Assembly (NCBI GenBank): GCA_963828125.1
Contig: CAWHDP010000002.1
Coordinates: forward strand, 800,001-864,000
DNA length: 64,000 nucleotides
Direction of reading: 5' to 3'
From: an uncultured Chlamydiae bacterium
GTDB taxonomy: Bacteria > Chlamydiota > Chlamydiia > Chlamydiales > SM23-39
The translations under genes were made by a program, and so were the position numbers. Shown in pieces: positions 11,910-20,943 of the stretch; positions within the stretch are counted from its first letter, which is position 1, and each line of letters starts with the position of its first letter. The notes under the pieces are model-generated. The model worked only from the letters and a program-made list of their open reading frames with translations. It was not told the DNA's origin and ran no database searches.

Positions 11910-13010
11910 ATGATCGTTTATTCAAAAAAAATCATTCAGTTTATTAACGAACTTAAACATATCATAAAGGATATTCTCGCTAAAGAAATCCGTTTAAGGG
12001 TCGGGCGCGATCGTTTCTATAATCGACGGGAAGACTTTTCTTACCCAATCAGAGTCGTGATTTACAATAACAAAACGGCGCTTGGGTACTTTGACTCAAA
12101 TTTTTATGAGCTTGGGTTTCACGAATGTCTCATGCATGCAAGTCAAGGGCAGCTGCATAATGTGGTCAAGCATGAGTTGGCTCACTACATCACCTTCATT
12201 AATTATGAGGACGCGGTTCAGCCTCACGGACCTGAATTCAGAGCTTTTTGCGAGCAGATGAGATGGGGTGAAGAGGTGTATAGGGCCACCGTCTGTTTGG
12301 AAGGCGGGCAGAATGTTTCTGGCATGGAGGAGGGCAGTATTTTCAGAAAAGTTCAAAAATTAATGGCTCTTGCTTCCAGCTCCAATAAAAATGAAGCGGA
12401 GCAAGCGATGATCAAATCGCAACAACTTCTTCTGAAGCACAATGTTGAGTCTAAATATATAGATCGAGAGGACGATGAGAAAGTAGTTCTGAAACGCATT
12501 ATGAAGCAGAAAAAAGAAAATGCTAAAATGCGCTCTATTGCAAGGATCTTGGAGACCTTTTTTGTGAGTACCGTCTACAATCGAGGGGGAGAGTTTATCT
12601 ATCTTGAAATTTTGGGGAGCGCAGTCAATGTCGAGATTGCTGAATATGTGGCAAACGTTCTTGATAGTGAGTTCGATAACCTATGGAATCAAGCGCAGCA
12701 GCACATCCACTTAAGAGGAATGATTGCAAAAAACTCTTTTTTCCTAGGTCTCTCAAAAGGATACTGCGACAAAATCCAAGCCCTCAAAAGAGAGCATAGC
12801 AGCGCCGTCGCCAACGCGTTGATCGTCATCGAGAAACAACTGATCGATGCGCAAGCAATGGTCTATCCACGATTGTCCACAGGAAAAAGCTACGCGAATT
12901 ATTGTCGAGAATCATCCACGCTAGGAGAGCAAATGGGAAGAAATCTCAACATCAATCCTGCCGTCAACAGACCCTCTCCTCTCAGCTATATTGAGAACAA
13001 GTCCTCGTAA
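11910..13010 (+). CDS. SprT-like metalloprotease domain + DUF2786-like domain protein
   Basis: KHELAH (HExxH) followed by HGPEF; KVQKLMALASSSNKNEAE..A..LLLKHN DUF2786 signature. Confidence 0.75.
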   Translation: MIVYSKKIIQFINELKHIIKDILAKEIRLRVGRDRFYNRREDFSYPIRVVIYNNKTALGYFDSNFYELGFHECLMHASQGQLHNVVKHELAHYITFINYEDAVQPHGPEFRAFCEQMRWGEEVYRATVCLEGGQNVSGMEEGSIFRKVQKLMALASSSNKNEAEQAMIKSQQLLLKHNVESKYIDREDDEKVVLKRIMKQKKENAKMRSIARILETFFVSTVYNRGGEFIYLEILGSAVNVEIAEYVANVLDSEFDNLWNQAQQHIHLRGMIAKNSFFLGLSKGYCDKIQALKREHSSAVANALIVIEKQLIDAQAMVYPRLSTGKSYANYCRESSTLGEQMGRNLNINPAVNRPSPLSYIENKSS

Positions 13011-13020
13011 ATCAAGTACT

Positions 13021-13037
13021 GGCCAATGTCCAGTTTA
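13021..13037 (-). repeat. repeat family A end (TAAACTGGACATTGGCC)
   Basis: Same motif at 20859-20873, 32783-32802 and 46439-46466. Confidence 0.7.
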
Positions 13038-13123
13038 AGGAGAGCTATTTGACGATCATGTTCAGACAGACCGTTTTTTCCGCAAAAACCGGCAAAACGA
13101 ACACGAAACAAAGAAACATCCAT

Positions 13124-13849
13124 TCACAAATTACGCAATTCATGTTTTAATCCGCCGTATTTCCGGATATACTCCTTCCCCCACATCGCAGCCCAGTGCA
13201 ACACAACAGCCCCTAGCCGAACGCCTCTGCACATCAGCCAGTTATAGATCTCCGGAGCCTCGCCAACCGAGCATTTCTCTTCAAAAATGATCTGAGACAG
13301 CGCGTCTTGATCGCTTAAAAACTGGTCATTTCGAAAAAGGGCCGCCTCGCTCCACCTCTTCAGCAGCTTGGATTCCCTGCCAAAGGCGATCACTCCCGAA
13401 TTGTAGAGGACAAAATCCCCTTCGCTCTCAGGATCTCTCACCCGGACAAGCCCCATCTTGCTTTCGGCGTCGATGTATCGGTACATCCCCTCCAAATTCC
13501 CCAAGATCTCGCAGTCGAGATCGGTCCAGATTGTCTCGGCAAACGGGCTTTGGAGAAGGGCGAACGGCTTTTTAAACCACGCCCCCCTCGATCCCCAGAA
13601 GGGACTCAAACAGTTTTCCCATTCCGCGACAACTGCCGGCTCAATCTCGCCTCTTTTCGCAACCCTCAGCCCGCCAAAGGCCACCTCAACAAGTTCCCCG
13701 CGAGCTTTACACCAAGCCCGCCCCCCTTCGCTCATCCCAAAATCTGCAAAGGCGACAGGAAGCGTGTTGTGTTCGCAATAATTCCCCCACCACCATGGGA
13801 GGAGCCACTCCTGACCCTCATCGGATGCCACCAAAACGCCTCGATCCAT
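13124..13849 (-). CDS. putative nucleotide-sugar glycosyltransferase (GT-A-like)
   Basis: WFKKPFAL, WTDLDCE (DxD), YNSGVI, SDQDAL, YNW, late His. Confidence 0.65.
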   Translation of the reverse strand: MDRGVLVASDEGQEWLLPWWWGNYCEHNTLPVAFADFGMSEGGRAWCKARGELVEVAFGGLRVAKRGEIEPAVVAEWENCLSPFWGSRGAWFKKPFALLQSPFAETIWTDLDCEILGNLEGMYRYIDAESKMGLVRVRDPESEGDFVLYNSGVIAFGRESKLLKRWSEAALFRNDQFLSDQDALSQIIFEEKCSVGEAPEIYNWLMCRGVRLGAVVLHWAAMWGKEYIRKYGGLKHELRNL

Positions 13850-13968
13850 TTCCCCATTCTATACTTTTTTTGAGAAAAATGTTGCACGAATAAGAAAAAA
13901 AATTTACACCAACTATTAAGAGATTTGGAAAGACAGTCTTCCCGATCGGCAAAACAGAAGGAAAGAGT

Positions 13969-14277
13969 ATGGCAGTAAAAAGAAAAACGAAGGCGAAGGC
14001 GAAAAAGCCGGCTAGCAAAACAAAAAGAAAATCTGGCTTAACTCAGCTCGAATACAACTTATCGCCTGAACTTGCAGAAATCGTCGGCATGAAAAAAACG
14101 ACCCGCCCCCAAGTCGTAAAAAAGATATGGGTCTATATCAAAACAAAGAAATTGCAAGACGCCAAGAATAGAAGAATGATCAACCCGGATAAAAAATTGG
14201 GCGAAGTGCTAGGCAATCGATCGATCGATATGCTCAAAATGGCCGGCGCTATCGGCAAACACCTCAAAAAAGCTTAA
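13969..14277 (+). CDS. SWIB/MDM2 domain protein with Lys-rich N-tail
   Basis: LSPELAEIVG, RPQVVKKIWVYIK..LQD..NRRMINPD..L; typical of Chlamydiota. Confidence 0.9.
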   Translation: MAVKRKTKAKAKKPASKTKRKSGLTQLEYNLSPELAEIVGMKKTTRPQVVKKIWVYIKTKKLQDAKNRRMINPDKKLGEVLGNRSIDMLKMAGAIGKHLKKA

Positions 14278-14301
14278 AGTTTTCTCATTTTGTTCTCCAT
14301 G

Positions 14302-14334
14302 CAGGGCCGAGATACATATCTCGGCCTTGTTTTT
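14302..14334 (+). terminator. intrinsic terminator after SWIB gene
   Basis: GGCCGAGATA-CA-TATCTCGGCC stem followed by TTGTTTTT. Confidence 0.7.
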
Positions 14335-14343
14335 GACAGCGCC

Positions 14344-14383
14344 TAACCCGCATTTCTTGCGTCTGTGTGAGAAATGCGGGCTA
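14344..14383 (-). repeat. internally deleted 40-bp copy of palindromic family B
   Basis: Reverse complement TAGCCCGCATTTCTCACACAGACGCAAGAAATGCGGGTTA = left end + right end of the family B element (58422-58592). Confidence 0.85.
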
Positions 14384-14392
14384 AAGAATCTC

Positions 14393-14429
14393 GTAAAAGT
14401 TCAGGCCCCGAAGGGGGCTCTTTTACAGA
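14393..14429 (-). repeat. hairpin repeat family D, overlapping phoH stop codon
   Basis: Reverse complement TCTGTAAAAGAGCCCCCTTCGGGGCCTGAACTTTTAC resembles the hairpin at 19686-19728. Confidence 0.75.
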
Positions 14430-15736
14430 ATTTCTGCTGCGATTGAGGCAAGCTCGGAACGCTCGGTCCTCTCTAAAAACATATGTCCGTAGATCCGGTG
14501 ATTTTTAAACCGATTCACCACATAAGTGAGCCCATTGGAATCTTTGTCGAGATAGGGATTGTCGATCTGGGTGGCGTCTCCCGTCAAGATCACTTTCGTC
14601 CCCTTGCCAGCGCGCGAAATGATCGTCTTGACTTCGTGAGGAGTCAAGTTTTGAGCCTCGTCGATGATCATATACATCTTAGGGAGCGAACGGCCGCGAA
14701 TGTAGGTCACCGCCTCCATCTCGATTTTTTTACTCTCCATAATAAATTCGAGAGTCGCCGCTCCATTCCCCTCTCCGCTCGTCGTAGAGCAAAGGAACTC
14801 CAAATTGTCATAAATCGGCTGCATCCAATGGTAAAGCTTCTCCTCCTTCGTCCCAGGAAGATACCCGATATCCTTCCCCATCGGCACAATCGGCCGCGAG
14901 ATCAAAATCCGCGCATAGGTATTCTCGTCGAATACCTTCCTCATGCCGCATGCGAGCGCCATCAACGTTTTGCCTGTACCCGCAGGGCCGATGAGCGTCA
15001 CCAGCTGAATATCGTCCCGAAGAAGGAGATCGATCGCACACCGCTGCTCGACGTTGAGCGGCTGGATCCCCCAAATATCTCGCGAAATGGGCAAAAGCGG
15101 CTCGAATTTCTTCGCCCTATCGCTATATTTGCAGACCGCCGAAGAATTCTCAGGCGAGGAGAGAAAAGCATACTCGTTCGGGCGAAAATTTTTCTCCGCC
15201 ACAGAAACCGTCCCCTCTTTGTAAAAAAGATCGATATCCCTCTTCTGGACCTCGATTTTCCGAAATCCCCTGTACATCCCCTCGTAAGAGGCCTTCAGGT
15301 TTTCATAGTCCTCCGATTCGAGATCCATCGCCTCAGCCTTCACCCGAGTGACGAAATCCTTCGACACAATCACCACCGATTCCCCCCGCGACTTCAAAAG
15401 ATACGCCACAAGGAGAAATTTGTTGCTATTGCGGTCGAGCGGCAAAGGAAAACCCTCCACCCGCTCCGGTTTGGCGTCTAAATGGATCCTCACCTTCGGC
15501 CCTTGAGGAATCACTACCCCGGTATGGAGATCGCCGATCTTTTCAGCCTTCAGTGAATCTATATACCGAATTACTTCCCGAGAGTTCTTCCCCGCCTCAT
15601 CCGAATATCGCTTCAAACTATCCAATTCTTCAAGCACCGAAAGGGGGATCACCACATCGTTGTCTTGAAATTTTTGGATCGCATTTGGATCGTGAATCAA
15701 CACATTGGTATCTATCACAAAAGTTTTTCTAGACAC
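14423..15736 (-). CDS. phoH: PhoH family protein (PIN + PhoH ATPase)
   Basis: FVIDTNVL PIN motif, GPAGTGKT, RGRS, DEAQN, GDATQID; GTG start at 15736 after GAGG. Confidence 0.9.
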   Translation of the reverse strand: MSRKTFVIDTNVLIHDPNAIQKFQDNDVVIPLSVLEELDSLKRYSDEAGKNSREVIRYIDSLKAEKIGDLHTGVVIPQGPKVRIHLDAKPERVEGFPLPLDRNSNKFLLVAYLLKSRGESVVIVSKDFVTRVKAEAMDLESEDYENLKASYEGMYRGFRKIEVQKRDIDLFYKEGTVSVAEKNFRPNEYAFLSSPENSSAVCKYSDRAKKFEPLLPISRDIWGIQPLNVEQRCAIDLLLRDDIQLVTLIGPAGTGKTLMALACGMRKVFDENTYARILISRPIVPMGKDIGYLPGTKEEKLYHWMQPIYDNLEFLCSTTSGEGNGAATLEFIMESKKIEMEAVTYIRGRSLPKMYMIIDEAQNLTPHEVKTIISRAGKGTKVILTGDATQIDNPYLDKDSNGLTYVVNRFKNHRIYGHMFLERTERSELASIAAEIL

Positions 15737-15899
15737 TTTTTTCCTCTCAGAGAGATTTTTTTCATTGTTTCGGTTCGACAGATGAGCCGCTATCATCAGA
15801 CACCTCTTATGCACCAAAATTTTACCTTATAGGACTTCTGCCCTGCGAAAGCAAGAATTTATTGTATCATATTGATTGTTAGGTTGTTACAAAATATTT

Positions 15900-15926
15900 C
15901 AAGCAGACAAATGCAACGAGTGCTAA
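15900..15926. promoter_or_regulatory. degenerate CIRCE (HrcA operator) between divergent phoH and CT016-like gene
   Basis: CAAGCAGAC-N9-GAGTGCTAA; right arm perfect versus consensus TTAGCACTC-N9-GAGTGCTAA. Confidence 0.65.
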
Positions 15927-15934
15927 ATTATAGG

Positions 15935-15963
15935 TTGACTTTGAGGGGAGATTCGGGTACAAT
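15935..15963 (+). promoter_or_regulatory. sigma66/sigma70-type promoter of CT016-like gene
   Basis: TTGACT-17 nt-TACAAT. Confidence 0.7.
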
Positions 15964-15988
15964 AGGGGTAAAAAAGAGTGGTTTATTC

Positions 15989-16654
15989 ATGAAAATAACA
16001 TCCCGTATACTCAGCATACCGCCCTATCTATCCACCACGTGGAAAAACATATCTTCGCTCTACGTCAATGCAGAAGAGGATCGTTTGACCCTCGTTGTGC
16101 GCCTCCAAAATCAGATTCAGGTAGAGGTTCCAGGTTTAAGCAAAGAGCTGATCCATGAAATTTTTGAAGCCCATAGCAAATCAGCCGAAGAAGAGACGGA
16201 GTGGAAAAATCCCCTGGAAGGTCCATTTAGCTTCACCGTCCCTGTTAAATCGGATGGGAGCTTCGATCCGTTAGTCACATCGATGCAACACAATCCAGAA
16301 CAAGCGGATCTCGCCCCTATTCCACCCGATGTTTTGAAAAGACTGACAATGATTGCCCGGGTATTTGGGCTCGAGGATACCTCCACTCTGCCAAAGCCGG
16401 AGCCTGGCTGCCATTGCGTCTATTGTCAAATCACTAGGGCCTTTGCAGGAGGAGATGCAGCGCCCATTGAAGAAATCACGCACGAGGATTTAACATTTCG
16501 CGACTGGGAAATCCAGGAAGCGGGCCATCAACTCTATAACGTCACCAATCCGCTCGACGCCAATGAACGCTATAGCGTCTTTTTAGGGACCCCTTTGGGA
16601 TGCACTTGCGGCAGCAAAAACTGCGAGCATATCCGCGCTGTTTTGCAAACCTAA
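15989..16654 (+). CDS. conserved chlamydial protein (CT016-like), Cys motifs / SWIM-like C-terminus
   Basis: LSIPPYLSTTW, MQHNPEQ, CHCVYCQ, GCTCGSKNCEHIRAVL; phoH-CT016-CT017 synteny. Confidence 0.8.
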   Translation: MKITSRILSIPPYLSTTWKNISSLYVNAEEDRLTLVVRLQNQIQVEVPGLSKELIHEIFEAHSKSAEEETEWKNPLEGPFSFTVPVKSDGSFDPLVTSMQHNPEQADLAPIPPDVLKRLTMIARVFGLEDTSTLPKPEPGCHCVYCQITRAFAGGDAAPIEEITHEDLTFRDWEIQEAGHQLYNVTNPLDANERYSVFLGTPLGCTCGSKNCEHIRAVLQT

Positions 16655-16726
16655 TGTAAAAATTCTTGGCCTTTAAACACTCTAACGCATACCATTACTT
16701 TCAAGTCTGTTGTTTGGAGTTTTGTT

Positions 16727-17923
16727 ATGCTGTCCCGTCTTGTTTTTTCTTTCCTCTCAGTGAGCGCTCTCGCGATAGCCGCCCCCGCGGAGCCAAAAAC
16801 CCATTCCGTTCCAGCCAAAAAAGTGGAGAGCTTTAAGCCTTTCACTGGGAAATTGGTCGCGAATAAAGTGAGGATCCGAGCTAAACCCGATCTCGAAAGC
16901 CCGATCATCCGTCAGATGGGCAAGAACGACCTGCTCCTCATCATCGCTGAAGAGGGCGATTTCTATGCCGTCGAACCGCTCAAAGACACCAAAGCCTACG
17001 TCTTTAGAAGCTACATCCTCGACGATGTAGTCGAAGCGAACCGGGTCAACGTCCGGCTCGAACCCCACGTCGACGCTCCGATCATCGCTCAACTCCAAGC
17101 TGGCGACAAAGTACATGGGGCCGTTTGTTCCATGAACCACAAATGGCTCGAGATCGCGCCGCCCAAGGGGACGAAATTTTATGTGGCCAAGGAATTCGTA
17201 GCGCATGCGGGAGGGCCTGAATATTTAGCCAATATGGAGAAGAGAAAAACTCAGGTAGAGGAACTCCTCACCTCAGCCTATCTCAATGCTGAGACCGAGT
17301 GTAAAAAGGATTATGAGGAGATGGCGCCTCAGCATGCGACAGATCAATTCCAGACCATTTTGCGCAATTTTGCCGACTTCCCTGAAGCGACCCAGCAAGC
17401 GAAAGAGGGGCTAGCCCTTTTGAAAGAGACCTATTTGAATAAGAAAATTGAATATTTGGAGTCCAAAGCGGAACTCACATCGACTGTGAAAGAGGAGTTG
17501 ATCGCCAAACACAAAGCCGAGAGTTCGGAGCTGTTTACAAACGGAACTGTAAAAATCGATCCATCGCTCTGGAATAAGCGGAATCAGAAACAGGAAAATT
17601 TCGGTTTTTGGGATACATTGGAAGAGTCCCTTTTTTTAAGCTGGACGGCCTTCCACTCCGGCAAAACATTCGATGATTATTACACCGAGCAAAAGGCAAA
17701 CGCCTCTGTCCTCACCGGCACGATCGAGAAATATACCGTAGACGTCCGAAATCGCCCCGGAGACTATATTTTGCGCGGAGCTGAAGATGCGCCCGTCGCC
17801 TATCTGTATAGCACGCAGGTCGATCTCGAGTCATTCACAGGGAAGACGGTGACCCTACTTGCCGCCCCGCGGCCCAATAACCACTTCGCCTTCCCCGCCT
17901 ACTTCGTCTTTAGCGTGGAGTAG
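16727..17923 (+). CDS. exported tandem bacterial-SH3 domain protein (CT017/Ctad1-like)
   Basis: Signal peptide, NKVRIRAKP and NRVNVRLEP SH3b repeats, C-terminal RPNNHFAFPAYFV. Confidence 0.8.
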   Translation: MLSRLVFSFLSVSALAIAAPAEPKTHSVPAKKVESFKPFTGKLVANKVRIRAKPDLESPIIRQMGKNDLLLIIAEEGDFYAVEPLKDTKAYVFRSYILDDVVEANRVNVRLEPHVDAPIIAQLQAGDKVHGAVCSMNHKWLEIAPPKGTKFYVAKEFVAHAGGPEYLANMEKRKTQVEELLTSAYLNAETECKKDYEEMAPQHATDQFQTILRNFADFPEATQQAKEGLALLKETYLNKKIEYLESKAELTSTVKEELIAKHKAESSELFTNGTVKIDPSLWNKRNQKQENFGFWDTLEESLFLSWTAFHSGKTFDDYYTEQKANASVLTGTIEKYTVDVRNRPGDYILRGAEDAPVAYLYSTQVDLESFTGKTVTLLAAPRPNNHFAFPAYFVFSVE

Positions 17924-17924
17924 C

Positions 17925-18698
17925 GTGGAGCTTCGCGATTGGGCGATCCGCATCCTGACAGCCGATACGCTGGAAGAGAAGCTTCTTTGCCCTGAGATTT
18001 TAACAGACGAGCGCCCAGGGGAGCCGGTTTGGTTTAATGAACCGGTGAGGCCCGCCCACATGGGGTTTCACAAACGGACGAAAGAGCAAAAACTCCCCCC
18101 CTTTCAAAGCCACGGCAAAGAGGAAAATCGGGCCGTTTGCCTGCATCGGTTTGCCGGTCACGAGCTCCTCGCCGTCGAAATCATGGCCCATGCCCTCACC
18201 GCCTTCCCCAACGCCCCGAAAGCGTTCCGCAAAGGGGTCGCCCACACGCTCAAAGAGGAGCAGGGCCACGTAAAGATGTATATAGAGAGGATGACTGGAA
18301 TGGGGCTCCGATTTGGCGACTTACCCCTTTTCAAACACTTCTGGAACCACGTCCCCACCCTCACCTCCCCGATCCGCTACATCAGCGCCATGAGTCTGAC
18401 CTTCGAGATGGCCAATCTCGATTTCGCCCCCCTGTATGGGAGATCGTTCGGAGCCTTTGGCGACGAGGCGAGCTCTCAGCTCATGGCCCAAATCCTGAAA
18501 GATGAGATCAACCACGTCTCCTTCGGCTATCGATGGCTCCATCAATTCAAAGGGGATGTGCCCGCGTGGGACGCCTGGCTTGCCAATTTAAGTCCAAAAA
18601 TAGGGCCCCGAAGGGCCAAAGGGTTTGTCGTGATGGAGGAGAATCGGCGGCAGGCAGGCATCCCCGATGAGTGGATCGAGAAGATCAAGCAATTTTAA
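17925..18698 (+). CDS. DUF455 ferritin-like domain protein
   Basis: LHRFAGHELLAVE, EEQGH, FEMANLD, DEINHV di-iron-type motifs; GTG start right after upstream stop. Confidence 0.8.
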   Translation: MELRDWAIRILTADTLEEKLLCPEILTDERPGEPVWFNEPVRPAHMGFHKRTKEQKLPPFQSHGKEENRAVCLHRFAGHELLAVEIMAHALTAFPNAPKAFRKGVAHTLKEEQGHVKMYIERMTGMGLRFGDLPLFKHFWNHVPTLTSPIRYISAMSLTFEMANLDFAPLYGRSFGAFGDEASSQLMAQILKDEINHVSFGYRWLHQFKGDVPAWDAWLANLSPKIGPRRAKGFVVMEENRRQAGIPDEWIEKIKQF

Positions 18699-18807
18699 AA
18701 AATGTCCAGATGGGGAAGCCAGTGTTCGACGAAGCAATCGAAGATTTTCCGGTGATATCTACTCTTTTCGAGAAACCACGACTTAGAAGGCGCACATCCT
18801 CTCCAAC

Positions 18808-19599
18808 CTAAATCACACCCTGCAATAGCAAATGACGCATAGCTATTCCTTTTATCGAAGAGATTATGCCTGCGAGTGCATTCTGGATTTGTGAAGTGAG
18901 CGGGCTGTTTGCCGCAGATAGTACAGCAACTCTTCCTTGCAACCCTCGTGGCTCATTAAATTGTGGGGCTAATAATCTTCCAAGGGCGGTAATACATCTG
19001 TGGGCGAACAGAGAAACTCTTGTCCGGCAAGAAAGATTTCGATACTTTCTTTCATATTGAGGTACGTCTACTTTATGATAAAGGTCTAGGGCTTCTTGAT
19101 ATTGTTTGTTTGCTTCTTCTATTTTCTTTTGATGCTTTGCTAGTAATTCTGGCTGTTTTTGGAGGAAGAAGTCGCGTATCTTTTCATTAATTTTTTCCTT
19201 TAGCTCTAGAACAGGTACCAAATCAGCTGTCGTCATTGGTTTCCTTGTTAAAGGAGAAGTGGGGTGATCTTTCAACCATAGAAGGATATTTGCTCGTTCA
19301 TAAATATGCTTCGGTTCATTCTTATCAGCAACTGGATCAAGTATGGGCTCATAGAAAATTGGGTCTATATGCGCTTGGAATAAAGCGTCTTGATGAAGTT
19401 CTTCAGGGACAGCACCTATCTCTGCTGCTTGTGGAAGAGAAAAACGATCGACAGAAGGTGGAGAAGGCGGGATGGGTCTTTCTGGGATAGAAACCCTAAC
19501 AATGGTATACCTGCTTTGTGGATCATCAGATAATTGAATGAGTAGCGGATTAAAATAATGAGAATAACCCGAGAAAGAGCTTGTTGCAGAAATGGACAT
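18808..19599 (-). CDS. U-box domain protein, candidate secreted E3-ligase effector
   Basis: DPIFYEPILDPV...HIYERANILLWL...TSPLTRKPM..DLVPVLELKEKI; Ser-rich N-terminus; AT-rich. Confidence 0.75.
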   Translation of the reverse strand: MSISATSSFSGYSHYFNPLLIQLSDDPQSRYTIVRVSIPERPIPPSPPSVDRFSLPQAAEIGAVPEELHQDALFQAHIDPIFYEPILDPVADKNEPKHIYERANILLWLKDHPTSPLTRKPMTTADLVPVLELKEKINEKIRDFFLQKQPELLAKHQKKIEEANKQYQEALDLYHKVDVPQYERKYRNLSCRTRVSLFAHRCITALGRLLAPQFNEPRGLQGRVAVLSAANSPLTSQIQNALAGIISSIKGIAMRHLLLQGVI

Positions 19600-19685
19600 T
19601 TTACCCTCTAAAACAACAGATTTTTAAATAAAACTTTGCACGAATTTTAACATGCAAGCCTATTTGAGGCAATATATATAATTTT

Positions 19686-19728
19686 TCTGTAAAAGTTCAG
19701 TCCCCTTCGGGGACTGAACTTTTACAGA
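19686..19728. repeat. perfect 20-bp hairpin (family D)
   Basis: TCTGTAAAAGTTCAGTCCCC-TTC-GGGGACTGAACTTTTACAGA. Confidence 0.85.
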
Positions 19729-19782
19729 TGTTTAGATATAGACTGCGGCCAATCACTTGGAATTTGGCCAATTCAAGAAAGA

Positions 19783-20832
19783 TTAAACAATGTTGATTTC
19801 GCGGGCCGACTTTTCAATCGGCTCGATGGGCGGCAGCTCTTTCAAGAGCGAGCCGCTCTCTTTTAGTTTCCGTGCGCTGATCAACACTCTCGATTCTAAA
19901 GAAGCGACCCCCTGATTGTACGACTCGACGGCTGTATTTAGGGATCTACCTACCTTGTTCCAATATTCCGTAAGGATCCCGATCCGCTCATAGAGCTCTC
20001 CGCCCAACCGGGCGATCTCCCGCGCACTTTTTGAGAGACTCTCCTGCTTCCAGCCATGCGCCACCGCTCGCAAAATCGCGATCAGCGTCGTCGGCGTCGC
20101 TATGATGATATTCTGATCAGCGCCAACTTCGATTAAAGAGGGGTCGGCCTGCAGAGCGGCGCTAAAAAAGGCCTCAGCGGGCAAAAATAAAATGACATAC
20201 TCCGGCGCCGGGTCGAGTTGCTTCCAATATTCCTTAGCAGACAACTCCTTAATGTGTTTTCGCACTAAAACCGCATGCTCCATGAGCTTGAGTTTTCGCG
20301 TCTCGTCATCTTGTAGATCGGCCGCCTCCAAATAGGCCCCCAGCGGCGCCTTTGCATCGACCGCAATCTGCCTTTGACCAGGCAATCGGACGATCAAATC
20401 GGGGCGGAGCAGCCTCCCTTGCCCTTCAAACGTCTTTTGCTCATAGAAATCGCAATGGTTGATCAACCCCGCGAGCTCGACAACCCGCCTCAAATGAACC
20501 TCGCCCCAAGAACCCCTTGTTTGCGGAGATTTAAAAGCTTGGACTAATCGAGCCGTCTCGATCCTCAACTCTTTTTCAGAGAGAACTAGCCCCTCGATTT
20601 GCTTCGAGAGCGCCCCATAGGCCCCCTCACGCCTCTTTTCGAGCTCTCGCTGATGTTCATTGAGCCGATTCATCGACTCCTTCAGCGGTTGCAAAGTCGC
20701 ATCGGCTAAATTCATGAATTGCTTGCCGTTTTTCTCCAACGCATCGAACGACATCGCTTTGAATTCATTCTTCATCCAAAGCCAAAGGGCCGCAAAGCCG
20801 CCGATTAAAACCAACACAACGAGGATAAGCAT
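19783..20832 (-). CDS. rmuC: DNA recombination protein RmuC
   Basis: N-terminal TM, coiled coil, RGSWGE, RPDLIVRLPG, VDAKAPL, FLPAE, ATPTTL. Confidence 0.92.
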   Translation of the reverse strand: MLILVVLVLIGGFAALWLWMKNEFKAMSFDALEKNGKQFMNLADATLQPLKESMNRLNEHQRELEKRREGAYGALSKQIEGLVLSEKELRIETARLVQAFKSPQTRGSWGEVHLRRVVELAGLINHCDFYEQKTFEGQGRLLRPDLIVRLPGQRQIAVDAKAPLGAYLEAADLQDDETRKLKLMEHAVLVRKHIKELSAKEYWKQLDPAPEYVILFLPAEAFFSAALQADPSLIEVGADQNIIIATPTTLIAILRAVAHGWKQESLSKSAREIARLGGELYERIGILTEYWNKVGRSLNTAVESYNQGVASLESRVLISARKLKESGSLLKELPPIEPIEKSAREINIV

Positions 20833-20896
20833 GCGAGCAGCTTAGCAAAAAAATAAATAAACGGCCAATGTCCGTAAAAGTTTCAGGTCAACTCAT

Positions 20897-20939
20897 TTCC
20901 CGATGAAGAATTTTCGCCTCGAAAATTCTTCATCGGGAA
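20897..20939. repeat. perfect 20-bp hairpin (family E) just after the F-box gene stop
   Basis: TTCCCGATGAAGAATTTTCG-CCT-CGAAAATTCTTCATCGGGAA; preceded by family A (20859-20873) and D-like (20872-20887) fragments. Confidence 0.8.
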
Positions 20940-20943
20940 TGGC

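Noticed and set aside
11140..11925. 261-aa acidic ORF on minus strand
   Set aside because: Antisense of marC; its N-terminus is just the translated palindrome
14483..15481. 332-aa ORF antisense to phoH
   Set aside because: Shadow ORF with no recognisable domain
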